The notes beneath the pieces were generated by a model. That model worked only from the letters and a program-made list of their open reading frames with translations, was not told where the DNA came from and made no database searches. From the IMG/VR virus record IMGVR_UViG_3300032239_000780, positions 1 to 40,838 of that record: a stretch of DNA of 40,838 nucleotides, one strand, 5' to 3'. This DNA is from a virus (taxonomy: Duplodnaviria > Caudoviricetes). Shown piece after piece: positions 11,625-20,990 of this stretch. Position numbers and translations under genes: made by a program. Within the stretch, counting starts at the first letter, position 1, and every line of letters begins with the position of its first letter.

Positions 11625-12140
11625 TTATTCAGTGATGGCCTTTACAGTAGCTGCTCCACTTTCAAGCAGATCCTTCATCTTGTGTTCAAGTGGATTGATT
11701 AAGTATGACTCCATGGAAACCCAGCCCATGACAATGTCATAAGCCTCAGACAGTAACTCATCTGCTTTCTCGCTAGTGGTCATTCCTAACATGTTCCATC
11801 CACCGGCCACCTTCACAATGTGTGGGAGACACATGTGAATATCGGAGGCATGGACATCACGATTAGATGCCCAGTACGTGATAACTTTCTTTATTTCATT
11901 CAGTGCTTGAGCTTTAGTTGGAATATCCCCAAACAGCTGAAGACCCATGCGTCGCAGTTCAGCGACCGTTGGTCGGAAATCACAATGCAAGAGCACGTGA
12001 CGCATCAATGCTCCCACAACTCTGTCATCCCAATCCTTCATGCACATCATGTATACAGACGCAACACCATCGTCCCATTTAACCTGTGATGGCAGTGTGG
12101 ATAGTACCGCACACATGCCTGTAAAAGTCTTCTTATCCAT
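11625..12140 (-). CDS. Helicase loader/inhibitor, SPP1 G39P-like
   Basis: CDFRPTVAELR motif; lies between initiator and DnaB; AGGAGG SD near 12150. Confidence 0.65.
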   Translation of the reverse strand: MDKKTFTGMCAVLSTLPSQVKWDDGVASVYMMCMKDWDDRVVGALMRHVLLHCDFRPTVAELRRMGLQLFGDIPTKAQALNEIKKVITYWASNRDVHASDIHMCLPHIVKVAGGWNMLGMTTSEKADELLSEAYDIVMGWVSMESYLINPLEHKMKDLLESGAATVKAITE

Positions 12141-12186
12141 TAAACCAGCCTCCTAAGTTGTTTATACCGTTACTATAATCTGATGT

Positions 12187-13005
12187 CTAGTCTTGCCAAA
12201 GCCTGTCCGCTTGACTAATAACGTTTTGTACAAGGTTTTGTTTGACCTCTGTTGCCATCGCTGTGCTCCAGTGTTTCCATAAAGCATTCATAGTGACCAT
12301 GTCTCGTCGGCCACCCCATTTCTCTACAAGATTGCGTGTTGCAAATGCAACCTGTTCTGGTGTTATGCTGGCAGCTTGCATCGACCGCAGTACGTGATGT
12401 GCATTTCTCCATTCACCAAGAAGAAATGCTGTCTGCATGAGCGCATCTGTAAAGATCACGGATCTGTACGCAAGGTACAAAGCTTTCGCAGGATCATCAT
12501 CAACAGGCATCTTGATGGAATCTCGTTTTGTCCCCTTCTTGGGGACTATAGGGGTATATTCTTCCTTCTGTATATTCTTTAATGTAATGAGGGGGTCTAT
12601 TTTTGCACCCTCCCCCCTGTCAATTTTTGCACCCTCCCCCGGTGCAGAATTTGCACCCTCCCCAAACCCCGTAGGTAGTATTTCATAAATGTTCGACGTC
12701 TGTCGTCCAGATGCAGTGTGACGAGCGCGACAAGATAACACCGTGTAGCCTCGAATTTCGCCCGTAGACAGACTTTTAATAGCGTTCTGGACTAATCTCT
12801 CACTCATACCGGTTTCCTGCGCTATAAGCGATACCGACGGGCAACACAGACCGTTCTGATCAGCATGCAACGCAATGCATGTCAAAACCATCCACTCACT
12901 CGGCGTAAAGTCTTTTAGACGAGAACGGAGTTCGTGACTTAGCATCACAAACCCCGTGTATTGTTTCCGTGTCCCGATCTGGGAACCGGACATTATTCCA
13001 ATCAT
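12187..13005 (-). CDS. Phage replication initiator (N-terminal winged HTH)
   Basis: CCPSVSLIAQETGMSERLVQNAIKSL HTH, GRQTSNIY motif and internal iteron-like repeats; start placed at MIGIMSG after a GAGGT SD. Confidence 0.8.
   Translation of the reverse strand: MIGIMSGSQIGTRKQYTGFVMLSHELRSRLKDFTPSEWMVLTCIALHADQNGLCCPSVSLIAQETGMSERLVQNAIKSLSTGEIRGYTVLSCRARHTASGRQTSNIYEILPTGFGEGANSAPGEGAKIDRGEGAKIDPLITLKNIQKEEYTPIVPKKGTKRDSIKMPVDDDPAKALYLAYRSVIFTDALMQTAFLLGEWRNAHHVLRSMQAASITPEQVAFATRNLVEKWGGRRDMVTMNALWKHWSTAMATEVKQNLVQNVISQADRLWQD
12599..12663. repeat. Three iteron-like direct repeats (TTTGCACCCTCCCC, 24-bp period), putative replication origin
   Basis: Copies at about 12599, 12623 and 12649 inside the initiator gene, next to an AT-rich stretch at about 12555-12590. 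Confidence 0.75.
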
Positions 13006-13007
13006 GT

Positions 13008-13577
13008 TTACCTCTTGTATGGGCACATTGGACAAAGCTGGACATCGTCTCGTGTCAAGCAAGCAGCAGTCTCTAGTACCTTTGACGCTTCTCGTTGAGA
13101 CAGGCCGACAGGTACAGGTACGGTGTCAGAGAGTTTAGGTTCGGTCAGTGGTGTACCACGTACGACCTCAGCCAAAACATCCACGCTCCAGCCCTTGATG
13201 GATGCTTCGTCCAGAATCCGTTTTTGTTCCGAAGGTTCGAGTTTACAGACAGCGCGATGATGCGTCCAGCTCAGATTTGGATTCCTGTTTTCAATGGGTA
13301 CTGATCGGGCAACCCAACTGTAGTTAGCTAGTGCCTGATATGAGTGACCGGTTACCTCCATTGCTTGGGTGTACTTCTCGCCAAAGCGTGAAGCACCATA
13401 GTTCAATGCGTCGCCAATACCCCATTGTGTGGCTACCTCAAGGCTACTAAGTGTAGCCATGAGTTGCTCCCATTGGTCGAACTGGAGATCGCCGGTAAAG
13501 GCGATCCCAGTGCGTGTGATTTCGACATTATTGCAGAGAAGGTCAACTCGTACGACCTTATTCTCCATTGTCTTCAT
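13008..13577 (-). CDS. LmbU-like DNA-binding protein
   Basis: WGIGDALNYG...YTQAMEVTGHSYQALANYSWVAR...LSWTHHRAV matches the LmbU-family pattern. Confidence 0.7.
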   Translation of the reverse strand: MKTMENKVVRVDLLCNNVEITRTGIAFTGDLQFDQWEQLMATLSSLEVATQWGIGDALNYGASRFGEKYTQAMEVTGHSYQALANYSWVARSVPIENRNPNLSWTHHRAVCKLEPSEQKRILDEASIKGWSVDVLAEVVRGTPLTEPKLSDTVPVPVGLSQREASKVLETAACLTRDDVQLCPMCPYKR

Positions 13578-14139
13578 CCTTCACTTTCAATCCGACAAAC
13601 TTGACTACTTCGTGCTCTGGTGTTACCTCACAACCATCAGGTCGAATGGCACTGTAGAGTAGTAAGTCATTGACAGTCTCAGGTTGAATTTTGCTGACTA
13701 GTACAGACTCAGTAATTTTTACGGCATCTGGTGCAAATGACCTCGCCCATTCAACAGCTGCTTCTTGATTTGTAAACTTGACTTTGGTTTTACTGGTGCG
13801 GAAAGTAATCTCGCCGTACTGGCCGGTATAGGTCTTCTTGTTTCGTGGCAAGAGTTGACGTGCAACGTCCGTAGCAGACGCTCCATACTTAAGTTCCATC
13901 CATGTGCGACGCGATTCAAGCTGTTTGATGCGCTTGGTAAACATGTCTTGAATGTGTTTGAGCTGTGCGGTTTCAGCAAGGATCAAGGAATCAATCTCAA
14001 GCATCTTCTTTTGAAGGATCCAGAGATCTTGCTCTGATTCAACGACGCCAGTCTCAAGCCATCCGTAGACACCCACTACCTCGCCGGTAGTGGGGTCAAT
14101 GAGCCATCCATTTTCACGGATCAGTTCTTCCTGTTCCAT
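13558..14139 (-). CDS. Gam / siphovirus Gp157-like host-nuclease inhibitor
   Basis: Coiled coil followed by KKTYTGQYGEITFRTS and AAVEWAR...VKITESVLVSKI; sits beside an annealing protein. Confidence 0.65.
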   Translation of the reverse strand: MEQEELIRENGWLIDPTTGEVVGVYGWLETGVVESEQDLWILQKKMLEIDSLILAETAQLKHIQDMFTKRIKQLESRRTWMELKYGASATDVARQLLPRNKKTYTGQYGEITFRTSKTKVKFTNQEAAVEWARSFAPDAVKITESVLVSKIQPETVNDLLLYSAIRPDGCEVTPEHEVVKFVGLKVKDEDNGE

Positions 14140-14762
14140 TATGCTGCTTCCTCATTCAATAGTTCATCGACAAGGGTATCTGCATCGGAGTATTCCTTCA
14201 TACGAACGACAGCAGACTGGAGATTCTCGGTTGTCATTGTGTCTGTGCCAAACATCCGACTGTAAACGCTTTTGGCGTCTGATGGCGCGATGTCGGTACC
14301 AAATAACCGTTTGCATTCATCCATAAAGAGGTTTGCAGCTACTTTATATGCAACCTTTGGATCATCAGCCTTAACTACGACAGGCGTGGCAGTCATTTGA
14401 TAGTTGCCGGGTATTGGAGCGTCAACAATGCGTTCGCCCTCGTCGAGTTCATCGAGAGCGTACTGTGTTCCGTAACCAGCCATTAGAAGCGCACGACCAA
14501 CAGCACCGGTCAGACTCTTTTCTTCAAAATCTGGAAAGTGTGCCTTGTGTTCGCGCTTGTGTCCAGTTGCAACAACACGTCCGTCAGGATCTGTAATACT
14601 GGCTCGCGACAGGCACGATGTTTCGTCCGTGCTAACGATCTCAGCGGTGATCCCCCAGCCGTCAGCGACTGGGTGGTCTTCGCGAAACAGTGCTATGCGC
14701 ACATACACGGGAGCATAGAGCTTGCCCCCTTTCATCTTCACCAAGTGGTCTTCAATTCTCAT
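14139..14762 (-). CDS. Rad52/Sak-like single-strand annealing protein
   Basis: YAPVYVRIALFREDHP...GRVVATGH...EKSLTGAVGRALLMAGYG. Confidence 0.65.
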   Translation of the reverse strand: MRIEDHLVKMKGGKLYAPVYVRIALFREDHPVADGWGITAEIVSTDETSCLSRASITDPDGRVVATGHKREHKAHFPDFEEKSLTGAVGRALLMAGYGTQYALDELDEGERIVDAPIPGNYQMTATPVVVKADDPKVAYKVAANLFMDECKRLFGTDIAPSDAKSVYSRMFGTDTMTTENLQSAVVRMKEYSDADTLVDELLNEEAA

Positions 14763-15393
14763 TAGGTGTAACCTTCAATCTGTTAATCATTGCTGCTTCT
14801 TCATCGACGTCAATGAAGTTGCTAAGCATGTATGAATTGCGAGCAAGAGCTTCTCTCACGTTGTACGTGGTGCCTTGGAACCAAACACTTTCGTCATTCA
14901 CGGCAAACAGTATCAGTGGTCGAACAATGAACTCAACCTCGTCTTGGCTGATGCCTTCTGGGAGGTCGATGTCTTCAAGAGCATCAGACAAGTCTTGCGC
15001 AATGATGATTCCACCATCGCGAGTAAAGAGCTTACCGTCAGCATCGCGACCACAAATGACTGAGCACGATGGATCGGATGTTAGATGGGATCCATATTTA
15101 GGCATCTCTCCAACGGCTCTGCTAAGCCATCCGTCTCCGGCAACAATCATTCGGCATGAGTCGCGGTAGATAAAGAATCTCCAGTCATCACAGAGTGTGA
15201 ACAGTGTCGTTGTGATAATTTTGAAACCGTCGATGCCTTGTTCGGTAGCGAGTGCAGTAGCTTCTTCTGGTGTGTCGCAAATCATCAATGCGTTGATGTT
15301 TACCGAGTCAGACGATGTGCCTCCGCACATGACGCCTTTAGGTGATTCTACAAAGTAGACTAGTCCATGCTTGTCTTTTTCGCTGACAAACAT
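14752..15393 (-). CDS. Hypothetical protein
   Basis: Long ORF in the operon; start moved to MFVSEKDK to avoid overlap with the upstream gene. Confidence 0.65.
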   Translation of the reverse strand: MFVSEKDKHGLVYFVESPKGVMCGGTSSDSVNINALMICDTPEEATALATEQGIDGFKIITTTLFTLCDDWRFFIYRDSCRMIVAGDGWLSRAVGEMPKYGSHLTSDPSCSVICGRDADGKLFTRDGGIIIAQDLSDALEDIDLPEGISQDEVEFIVRPLILFAVNDESVWFQGTTYNVREALARNSYMLSNFIDVDEEAAMINRLKVTPNEN

Positions 15394-15397
15394 GTAG

Positions 15398-15802
15398 TCA
15401 ATTGTTTTTGCAATTGAGTTCAATGTATCTGTCCAACCTTTCAACCTGTATGGGGCTGCCATACATTTCTTCAAACGTTCTAACCCGTTGGATAACGGAT
15501 TCAACATCTCGGCAGATCGCAGTCATCTGCTGATCAGCCATGCACTTTTGTTCCTTGCGAATGGTGCCTGTCTTGGTCTTAAGCTCTACGCCAATGGCAA
15601 CTGGTAACTTCCAGTGTGCGCAATGTATGTATAGATCTGGGCAACCAAGTGTGTTGCCTTGCCACCCTGTTGGGTAGTGCAAGTTCTTGCACCGTGGGCA
15701 TTGAACCTTTCGTCGTGCCTTTCCTGTTTCAATTACCGTGTAGCCTAGAAAGCCAAGGGTGTTTACGACGAGTGTTTGAAGTTGAGATTCTTTAGTTGCC
15801 AT
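15398..15802 (-). CDS. VRR-NUC-like PD-(D/E)xK nuclease (putative Holliday junction resolvase)
   Basis: ESQLQ...GCPDLYI...GVELKTKTGTIRKEQ, with a CPRC insertion. Confidence 0.75.
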   Translation of the reverse strand: MATKESQLQTLVVNTLGFLGYTVIETGKARRKVQCPRCKNLHYPTGWQGNTLGCPDLYIHCAHWKLPVAIGVELKTKTGTIRKEQKCMADQQMTAICRDVESVIQRVRTFEEMYGSPIQVERLDRYIELNCKNN

Positions 15803-15924
15803 TTGGTATAATAACCATGGACATGGGAATCTGTCACTTCCTATGCTCCACACCAGTAAGGGGAGTCAGCCTCCTATGCGTATTCCGCTCCCCTTACGTC
15901 TATCTACTTCGGTAGAAAAGTATA

Positions 15925-16434
15925 TCACCTCCCAGTGGTGGAATTAATCCAATCCCAGCAATATCTGTTAATCGCAACAGTAAGTTTATGTCCTCCGAGT
16001 GATGTGTCAATCTTCGCGAGCTTGCATGCGATCATTGCAGACCGTGGGTCTGGAGCCATCCTGTATATCTTTTGATATTCCTCGATTGTGTGTACGGTTT
16101 TGATCCAATCGGCGTGTCTGTGTGTTGGGTGTGCGACCATGTCGAGAGGATCTGTTTTGGCAAGGTGTCTGTATCGCGTCCATTTGTGTTCAGCGATCAC
16201 GACGCCTTTCTCAATCACGATGAGGAACCATCGCCTCATTGGAATCAGTCCGTTAAGGACTGCAAGAAGGTGTTCGTAGTTCCTGTATGTGACGTTGACT
16301 GCGTCTACGGTTACTTCGCCTGTGTCTTTATTGAGGCAGAGCGTTTTTGCCCATTCGAGTGCGATGGATTGAGCGTGGTCGAATGATTTGCACCACTCGA
16401 CCTTGCCTGTTGTCTTCGCTCTAAAGAATCTCAA
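15925..16434 (-). CDS. Hypothetical protein
   Basis: ORF coupled to the upstream gene on the operon strand. Confidence 0.6.
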   Translation of the reverse strand: MRFFRAKTTGKVEWCKSFDHAQSIALEWAKTLCLNKDTGEVTVDAVNVTYRNYEHLLAVLNGLIPMRRWFLIVIEKGVVIAEHKWTRYRHLAKTDPLDMVAHPTHRHADWIKTVHTIEEYQKIYRMAPDPRSAMIACKLAKIDTSLGGHKLTVAINRYCWDWINSTTGR

Positions 16435-16820
16435 TATGGTTTCATTCTGCCACGTTGTCGTTCACGGCATTTGTAGCACGTCCAGTGTGGCGTCCAGTTG
16501 CCAGACAGGAACTCATCTACCATCTCGCACACGGTAGCTTTCTCACCGGTTGGATGTTTGCTCTGGTGGATGAAGAGAGGTTTCTTGCCTTCTTCGTTCC
16601 AGACCATGTTCTGATCACTGAAGACATCAACGGATCCGTCCATTGGAATGGAGAATGTTGCGATGTCAAGATGAAAGTAGTCCCATTGCACGGTACACAT
16701 GGGGACTCCTTTCTTTTCCCAGATTGTTGTTGTGATTTTCTTCCACAATTGCTTGATGTCATCAGGTGCCTGATCGATCCAAGTATTGAGAAGTTTTTGT
16801 GCAGTCTCTTGTGGTGTCAT
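16431..16820 (-). CDS. Hypothetical protein
   Basis: ATGA-coupled ORF. Confidence 0.6.
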   Translation of the reverse strand: MTPQETAQKLLNTWIDQAPDDIKQLWKKITTTIWEKKGVPMCTVQWDYFHLDIATFSIPMDGSVDVFSDQNMVWNEEGKKPLFIHQSKHPTGEKATVCEMVDEFLSGNWTPHWTCYKCRERQRGRMKPY

Positions 16821-16957
16821 TTCTTTTTAGCTATGTCCATGACGAGTGCAACGGGATAGAGAGGAATGGTGACAAGGAAGCAGACAACAAGAAATGGCAA
16901 CAGGTGCATGATAAATGTGCCTGGGATTGTCACCATGAGTGCAAGGATGTCCTTCAT
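16817..16957 (-). CDS. 46-aa membrane protein (not in the ORF track)
   Basis: MKDILALMVTIPGTFIMHLLPFLVVCFLVTIPLYPVALVMDIAKKK; ATGA overlaps on both sides. Confidence 0.7.
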   Translation of the reverse strand: MKDILALMVTIPGTFIMHLLPFLVVCFLVTIPLYPVALVMDIAKKK

Positions 16958-17322
16958 TCTGCGTCCTCTGTGTCATTCGTAAAGACCCACTCCCACCGGT
17001 ACGTGGTGTCACCAGCGATCAATGTAAGGCGATGCTGCACGATGATGCCGAACGTGTTTAGTTCTTGTGTTTCGTGAGAGTAGTCAAGGTCAGCGTCCTT
17101 CATGACACTGGAGTCTGGGTCTACCATGTCGATAATCATGCGAGCTACGACTTTAATGGCATCATTGTCGCGGAATCCGCTGATCATGATTGGTGCATGC
17201 TTAGCATTGGTGATGTAGCACCGAATACTGTGTAGTGAATCCTTCTTGTAGTCCTTGACTAAAGGATGCTGTACGACGAATGGAGCGATGTGTTGAAACG
17301 CCTCGTAAGTATTAACTTTCAT
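16954..17322 (-). CDS. Hypothetical protein (MKVNTYEAF...)
   Basis: AGAAAGG SD just upstream of the ATG at 17322. Confidence 0.65.
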   Translation of the reverse strand: MKVNTYEAFQHIAPFVVQHPLVKDYKKDSLHSIRCYITNAKHAPIMISGFRDNDAIKVVARMIIDMVDPDSSVMKDADLDYSHETQELNTFGIIVQHRLTLIAGDTTYRWEWVFTNDTEDAE

Positions 17323-17332
17323 TTGAACCTTT

Positions 17333-17366
17333 CTGTGCTGGTGTTTCGCCCCACCAGCAGGGCATT
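17333..17366 (-). repeat. 34-bp hairpin repeat, copy 1, upstream of SD
   Basis: ctgtgctggtgtttcgccccaccagcagggcatt, identical to 17796-17829. Confidence 0.9.
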
Positions 17367-17371
17367 GCACA

Positions 17372-17782
17372 CTAGTCGATGACTTTGATTGGGATCCGAC
17401 TGAGTGTGAAGAAGAATCCGCCGAAGACGGTCTTGTCAGAGTTAGTGAATGACAACTGGTAGTCCCAGTCATCGTGTCCTTCAACGAGTTCGACGTCGCA
17501 TTTGCTCCAAGCTTCGCTGTGGATGAACATGCGGACGATCGGTTCGATGTCAGTGTCGCACGATGCAGTGATGTTGCAGAGCTTAATGAGTTCGTTTCCT
17601 GCGTAAGCGTAAACGGTGAAGGATGCATCGGAGAGCGCACCATCGCTAAAGTAGAACGGGATGGACGCGATGTGAGAGCGATGTGTAAACGCTTCGAGGA
17701 TGTCCTCCACTTGTGGACGAGTGAGTGTGCCTTGGTTCACGAGAGCAAGGGCTTCTGCCTGTTTGTCGGTCAATCTGACCAT
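17372..17782 (-). CDS. Hypothetical protein
   Basis: AGGAGG SD; flanked by the two 34-bp repeats. Confidence 0.7.
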   Translation of the reverse strand: MVRLTDKQAEALALVNQGTLTRPQVEDILEAFTHRSHIASIPFYFSDGALSDASFTVYAYAGNELIKLCNITASCDTDIEPIVRMFIHSEAWSKCDVELVEGHDDWDYQLSFTNSDKTVFGGFFFTLSRIPIKVID

Positions 17783-17795
17783 GATTTGATACCTC

Positions 17796-17829
17796 CTGTG
17801 CTGGTGTTTCGCCCCACCAGCAGGGCATT
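17796..17829 (-). repeat. 34-bp hairpin repeat, copy 2, upstream of SD
   Basis: Identical to 17333-17366. Confidence 0.9.
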
Positions 17830-17892
17830 CAAACGACTACACTGATATTATCGCGTCGATCACAGAATGTGTGACATGTGACGGCAATAAAT

Positions 17893-18255
17893 TTAATCTC
17901 GCCAATAATCACCTGACAATCGATCCTCAAGCTGTTGTTCTGCATCGGATGTGATTTCATCATTGATGCTTTCAGCCCACTCGTAGACGGTCAAGTAGTA
18001 GTCATCGATCGTGTCATTTTCCAGATCGTTCGCGAGGATGTACTCGGAGATGCTTTCTGTGAGATGTACGAAGAAGTCTGGCGCAGGGATCTCCTTGTTG
18101 TCAACGTCCTTGCAGATCTGCACAAGTGCTTCGACTTGAATGAGTTCGTATGACACGGAATGTACGCTCTCGTCGCACTCAATAACGTTTTCAGCAAGTA
18201 GGTCGGGTGGCAAACGCCACCCAATCTCGTCCAGCACACTGATGTCAATGCTCAT
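17893..18255 (-). CDS. Acidic hypothetical protein
   Basis: Coupled ORF, D/E-rich. Confidence 0.65.
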   Translation of the reverse strand: MSIDISVLDEIGWRLPPDLLAENVIECDESVHSVSYELIQVEALVQICKDVDNKEIPAPDFFVHLTESISEYILANDLENDTIDDYYLTVYEWAESINDEITSDAEQQLEDRLSGDYWRD

Positions 18256-18533
18256 TTAGGATCCTCTCGTGTCACGTCGATGGCAGTCCACTCAAGGACT
18301 TGCCAGTTGACGCCGATGGTTGCGTCGTGGTTGTCGTGGAGTTGCTCAACCATCGCGCACGAGAACTCGTGGAGTGCCTCGTCATTGGATGGTGCTTCAA
18401 GTCCAGTGTTGTCAAGAGCTGCCACAAAGTCTTCTGGACACCAGAGACCGATGTAGAAGTCTGGGAACTCCTTCTCGATCTCTGCAATGCGATCGCGTAC
18501 CTGTGTGAAGCGCGGGTCGAAGTTAAGACTCAT
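18252..18533 (-). CDS. Hypothetical protein (MSLNFDP...)
   Basis: GGAGGAGG SD upstream. Confidence 0.65.
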   Translation of the reverse strand: MSLNFDPRFTQVRDRIAEIEKEFPDFYIGLWCPEDFVAALDNTGLEAPSNDEALHEFSCAMVEQLHDNHDATIGVNWQVLEWTAIDVTREDPK

Positions 18534-18975
18534 CGTCATCCTCCTCCTCAGCTTTCTTTTGAATGTAGTAGTCATTGATGAAGTCATCCAGCACAGGGTT
18601 GAAGATGTCCCACCAGTCTGTGCAGGATACGCTCCAGTCAGCGATCATCTCGCCACGCCCGATCTCAGGATCATCAGCACAGTTACCATAGACCAGCACG
18701 ATGGAAACGTACGTGATGTCGTCGTCTTCTGTACGATCAAGGTTGCAATCACCGAGGCAGAGCCATTCGATGTCACATGCGTTCATGTGCTTCGCCATGT
18801 CTTCGACAGACTTGATGGGAGTGTAGTCTTCACCATCGTAAAGATCGATGCAGAGACCATACTCTTCACACAAAGGCAGAAGCTTCTCTACCAGTTGGCA
18901 ACCGTGTACATGCTCAGCAATCCCACGTGCCTGAACCGAAGGTGCATGGGATGCATACACCTTCTTCGCAATCAT
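18523..18975 (-). CDS. Acidic hypothetical protein (start uncertain, 18975 or 19014)
   Basis: ORF on the operon strand; GGTGGA upstream of the ATG at 18975. Confidence 0.6.
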   Translation of the reverse strand: MIAKKVYASHAPSVQARGIAEHVHGCQLVEKLLPLCEEYGLCIDLYDGEDYTPIKSVEDMAKHMNACDIEWLCLGDCNLDRTEDDDITYVSIVLVYGNCADDPEIGRGEMIADWSVSCTDWWDIFNPVLDDFINDYYIQKKAEEEDDDES

Positions 18976-19015
18976 GTTGGATAATCCACCAACAGAAACA
19001 ATGTTACTTTGCATA

Positions 19016-19510
19016 CTAGTCAACCTTTCCACATGTAGGACATGCCTCACCAAACAAAACCGCCACGCTGGTCTTCTCACAACCCTCACACTCACCAACG
19101 CCCATGAGCCACAGGTCTTCCTCTGTCAAGTCACGGTCTGAGCGATGCTCCTCTTTAGTCACAAGACCATCGACACCCTCAAGACTCCCAGCATACAGAC
19201 TCTCAGCTGATCCCCACGAAATGTCAAACGTCAGGTCATCGTGCTTTGCAATGATCATGCGGAACCAGTCCATCGGCTCATTCCAACGAGAATCGATGTA
19301 CAGGTACAGACTCGCCTCATAAGGCTGAGCATCCAACCCTTCGCGGTAGCAACAGTCCATGAGCATAGCACCACAATCACTCTCACCCTCACCAAGGAAG
19401 CGGGAGAAGTCATTGGGGGAGTCATCACTAGGAAGATGCGTCTCCATAAACGACAAGACCAATGGGGCAGACCCATAGATACGAACAACACTCTCACACG
19501 TATTTGCCAT
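19016..19510 (-). CDS. DUF1281/Api92-like ferredoxin-fold protein
   Basis: MANTCESVVRIYG...IDSRWNEP...LTFDISW...LYAG pattern; GGAGGT SD. Confidence 0.55.
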   Translation of the reverse strand: MANTCESVVRIYGSAPLVLSFMETHLPSDDSPNDFSRFLGEGESDCGAMLMDCCYREGLDAQPYEASLYLYIDSRWNEPMDWFRMIIAKHDDLTFDISWGSAESLYAGSLEGVDGLVTKEEHRSDRDLTEEDLWLMGVGECEGCEKTSVAVLFGEACPTCGKVD

Positions 19511-19866
19511 CTAACATAACCTCCGTACGTCTTCTCATTCAGGAGAGAAGATAGCCAATGGTAACAACAAACCAATATAAGCGCAAGTGAGAAATCTCAC
19601 AGTCAAATGAAGGAGGATAGAAGGAATGGGGAAAGTTGCGAGATTTAAGGGGAAATATGAGGGAAATGGCGGGGGATTTATCGGACTACGTCCCTACATC
19701 TAGAGCCAGTAAAAAAAATACCTGCTGTCTCCCCGTAAGTCAGCACCGCCAAGAGCTGCGCATCGCGTCTACCACTAGGATCATGCGCGGGGTTGTCACA
19801 CTTTTGAAAACGATTGCAGCCAGATCTTTACTTAGGCGGTACCCAACAGCTGAAGGTAGAGATGCC

Positions 19867-19976
19867 TATACTTACGTGCGGATGTAGGATCGCGTGGTGC
19901 CACCATCACGCCTCTATACCTACAGGGTGTGTGTGGGGTGCCATAGGCACAAAAAAAGGAGGGCTTTCGCCCTCCC
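19867..19976. repeat. Intergenic element copy R1 (partial: core, hairpin, terminator)
   Basis: tatacttacgtg...tgtaggatcg...ctatacctacaggg...ggcacaaaaaaaggagggctttcgccctccc. Confidence 0.8.
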
Positions 19977-19978
19977 GC

Positions 19979-20806
19979 CTAACGCCACAAAGCGCAGGAA
20001 CCGTGAGCCTTGATAACCATGTTGTTATCAGGATCCCCGTTGCATTGACCACATGTCTGGCATGTGACTTTACGCTTCGTCATAAGCGACGTGTCTGCTG
20101 GACATCGCTTGTGACGCATAGCGCGTAGCTGTTGCCACTCCATGTCGAAGGTCTTCTGTCCAAGGACGGTAAACGTCCCCCATCCGTTAGCACGTGCTTC
20201 AATTGCATCGGCGATGCTATCGCATGATGCCATGCACATGCCCTTGAAATCTTGTGCCCATGGTCTACGCCACTGGTGCGTGTATGCTGTGTGACCTTTG
20301 TCAATGGTCACATCCTGCAACAGCGTACGCCATACAGGATATGGAACCATGGCAGGATCCCCGTAAGCACCAACACGTGTTTGTCTGTCGAAGCGTAGAA
20401 TCATGTCGTTTACATCTTCGACGGCGACATCTGGCACGTTACCGTTTAGGTACGATTTCCACATCATGGTTGGCGCGTTTCCGACCAAAACATAGCAGGT
20501 GTTGACGTCTGCTGTTTCTTCCTTTCCTTTGTCGGTGATACGCGTACGCGTCATCTTACGATTCATGCAATCCCCGCAGATGCATGCATCGTTATATTCC
20601 AACGCTTCAAGCGGAGACATGTCGGTACGCATGATGTACGTTTGAACCATGTCGCCGGTTTTGTCGTTAGCTTTGTCGCTGTCACCTTTGATTTCAAGAC
20701 CGGTGACCCACAAAGCGATTGGAGAAACATTGTCCCACGGAGAAACGCCACGCCAAGCGATGGCTGTGTTGAAGGCAGGTTTCCCTGCGCGATTGTATAA
20801 ACGCAT
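19979..20806 (-). CDS. Cys-rich uncharacterised phage protein, possibly Fe-S / radical-SAM-like
   Basis: NDKTGDMVQTYI, ICGDC, CYV, RVGAYGDP, HTAYTHQW, CPA...CQTCGQC...HG; AGGAGG SD. Confidence 0.55.
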   Translation of the reverse strand: MRLYNRAGKPAFNTAIAWRGVSPWDNVSPIALWVTGLEIKGDSDKANDKTGDMVQTYIMRTDMSPLEALEYNDACICGDCMNRKMTRTRITDKGKEETADVNTCYVLVGNAPTMMWKSYLNGNVPDVAVEDVNDMILRFDRQTRVGAYGDPAMVPYPVWRTLLQDVTIDKGHTAYTHQWRRPWAQDFKGMCMASCDSIADAIEARANGWGTFTVLGQKTFDMEWQQLRAMRHKRCPADTSLMTKRKVTCQTCGQCNGDPDNNMVIKAHGSCALWR

Positions 20807-20987
20807 TTGTTTGATGCCTCCTATGCATCACCTATATTGCAATACGCCACGTCACACATCAACTACAACAAGACATATACTTACGTGTGGTGTGTAGTTC
20901 GTGTGGCACTGTTCACCACACTTATACCAGCGGGGAGGGTGTGGGCAGCTTTTTTGACAAAAAAAGGTGGGAGCCGAAGCCCCCACC
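20807..20987. repeat. Intergenic element copy R2
   Basis: SD hairpin, tgcaatac box, tatacttacgtg-N5-tgtagttcgtg, hairpin, minus-strand UUCG terminator. Confidence 0.9.
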
Positions 20988-20990
20988 GAG

